From the NCBI GenBank assembly GCA_963772715.1, contig CAVYYM010000029.1, forward strand, positions 306,063-370,062: a DNA stretch of 64,000 nucleotides. Reading direction: 5' to 3'. Under the pieces are notes generated by a model that made no database searches, was not told the origin of the DNA, and was given only the letters and a program-made list of their open reading frames with translations. The translations under genes were made by a program, and so were the position numbers. Of this stretch, positions 64,000-64,000 are shown piece by piece. Every line of letters starts with the position of its first letter. The first letter of the stretch is position 1. Source of the stretch: an uncultured Bacteroidota bacterium. GTDB taxonomy: Bacteria > Bacteroidota > Bacteroidia > Bacteroidales > VadinHA17.

Positions 64000-64000
64000 T

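Overview
A 64-kb chromosomal segment of a Bacteroidales-type bacterium, inferred from gene content and TAnnTTTG -7 promoters. It is mostly housekeeping and metabolic genes: a divergent SOS mutagenesis locus (XRE/S24 LexA-like repressor versus four-helix-bundle gene, dinB, dnaE2); relA/spoT; tRNA-Lys; pyrK/pyrD; pta-ackA-ptb-ptb-buk; ggt; rarA; kdsA; RNase P RNA; queA; a PstS-like/TPR/ExbB/ExbD/ExbD/TonB cluster; galactose genes; an 11-subunit complex I lacking NuoEFG; aroE, comA, folD, ffh and partial argS. About 14 genes have small frameshifts that look like long-read consensus errors. The most striking unexplained structure is a family of 9-mer and 7-mer tandem-repeat arms starting at or just after stop codons. 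One inverted pair encloses the four-helix-bundle (Avd/IVS-protein-like) gene, the same pair occurs empty 1.3 kb away, and a lone left arm lies 45 kb further on. Other candidates are tandem palindromic SOS operators, a 126-bp tRNA-3'-end-flanked mini-element, an AT-rich non-coding region bracketed by TTACA-N2-TGTAA palindromes next to an XRE gene, a possible extra CxxC subunit after nuoN, and a possible ECF-sigma-driven sRNA. All calls come from reading the sequence; no searches were run.
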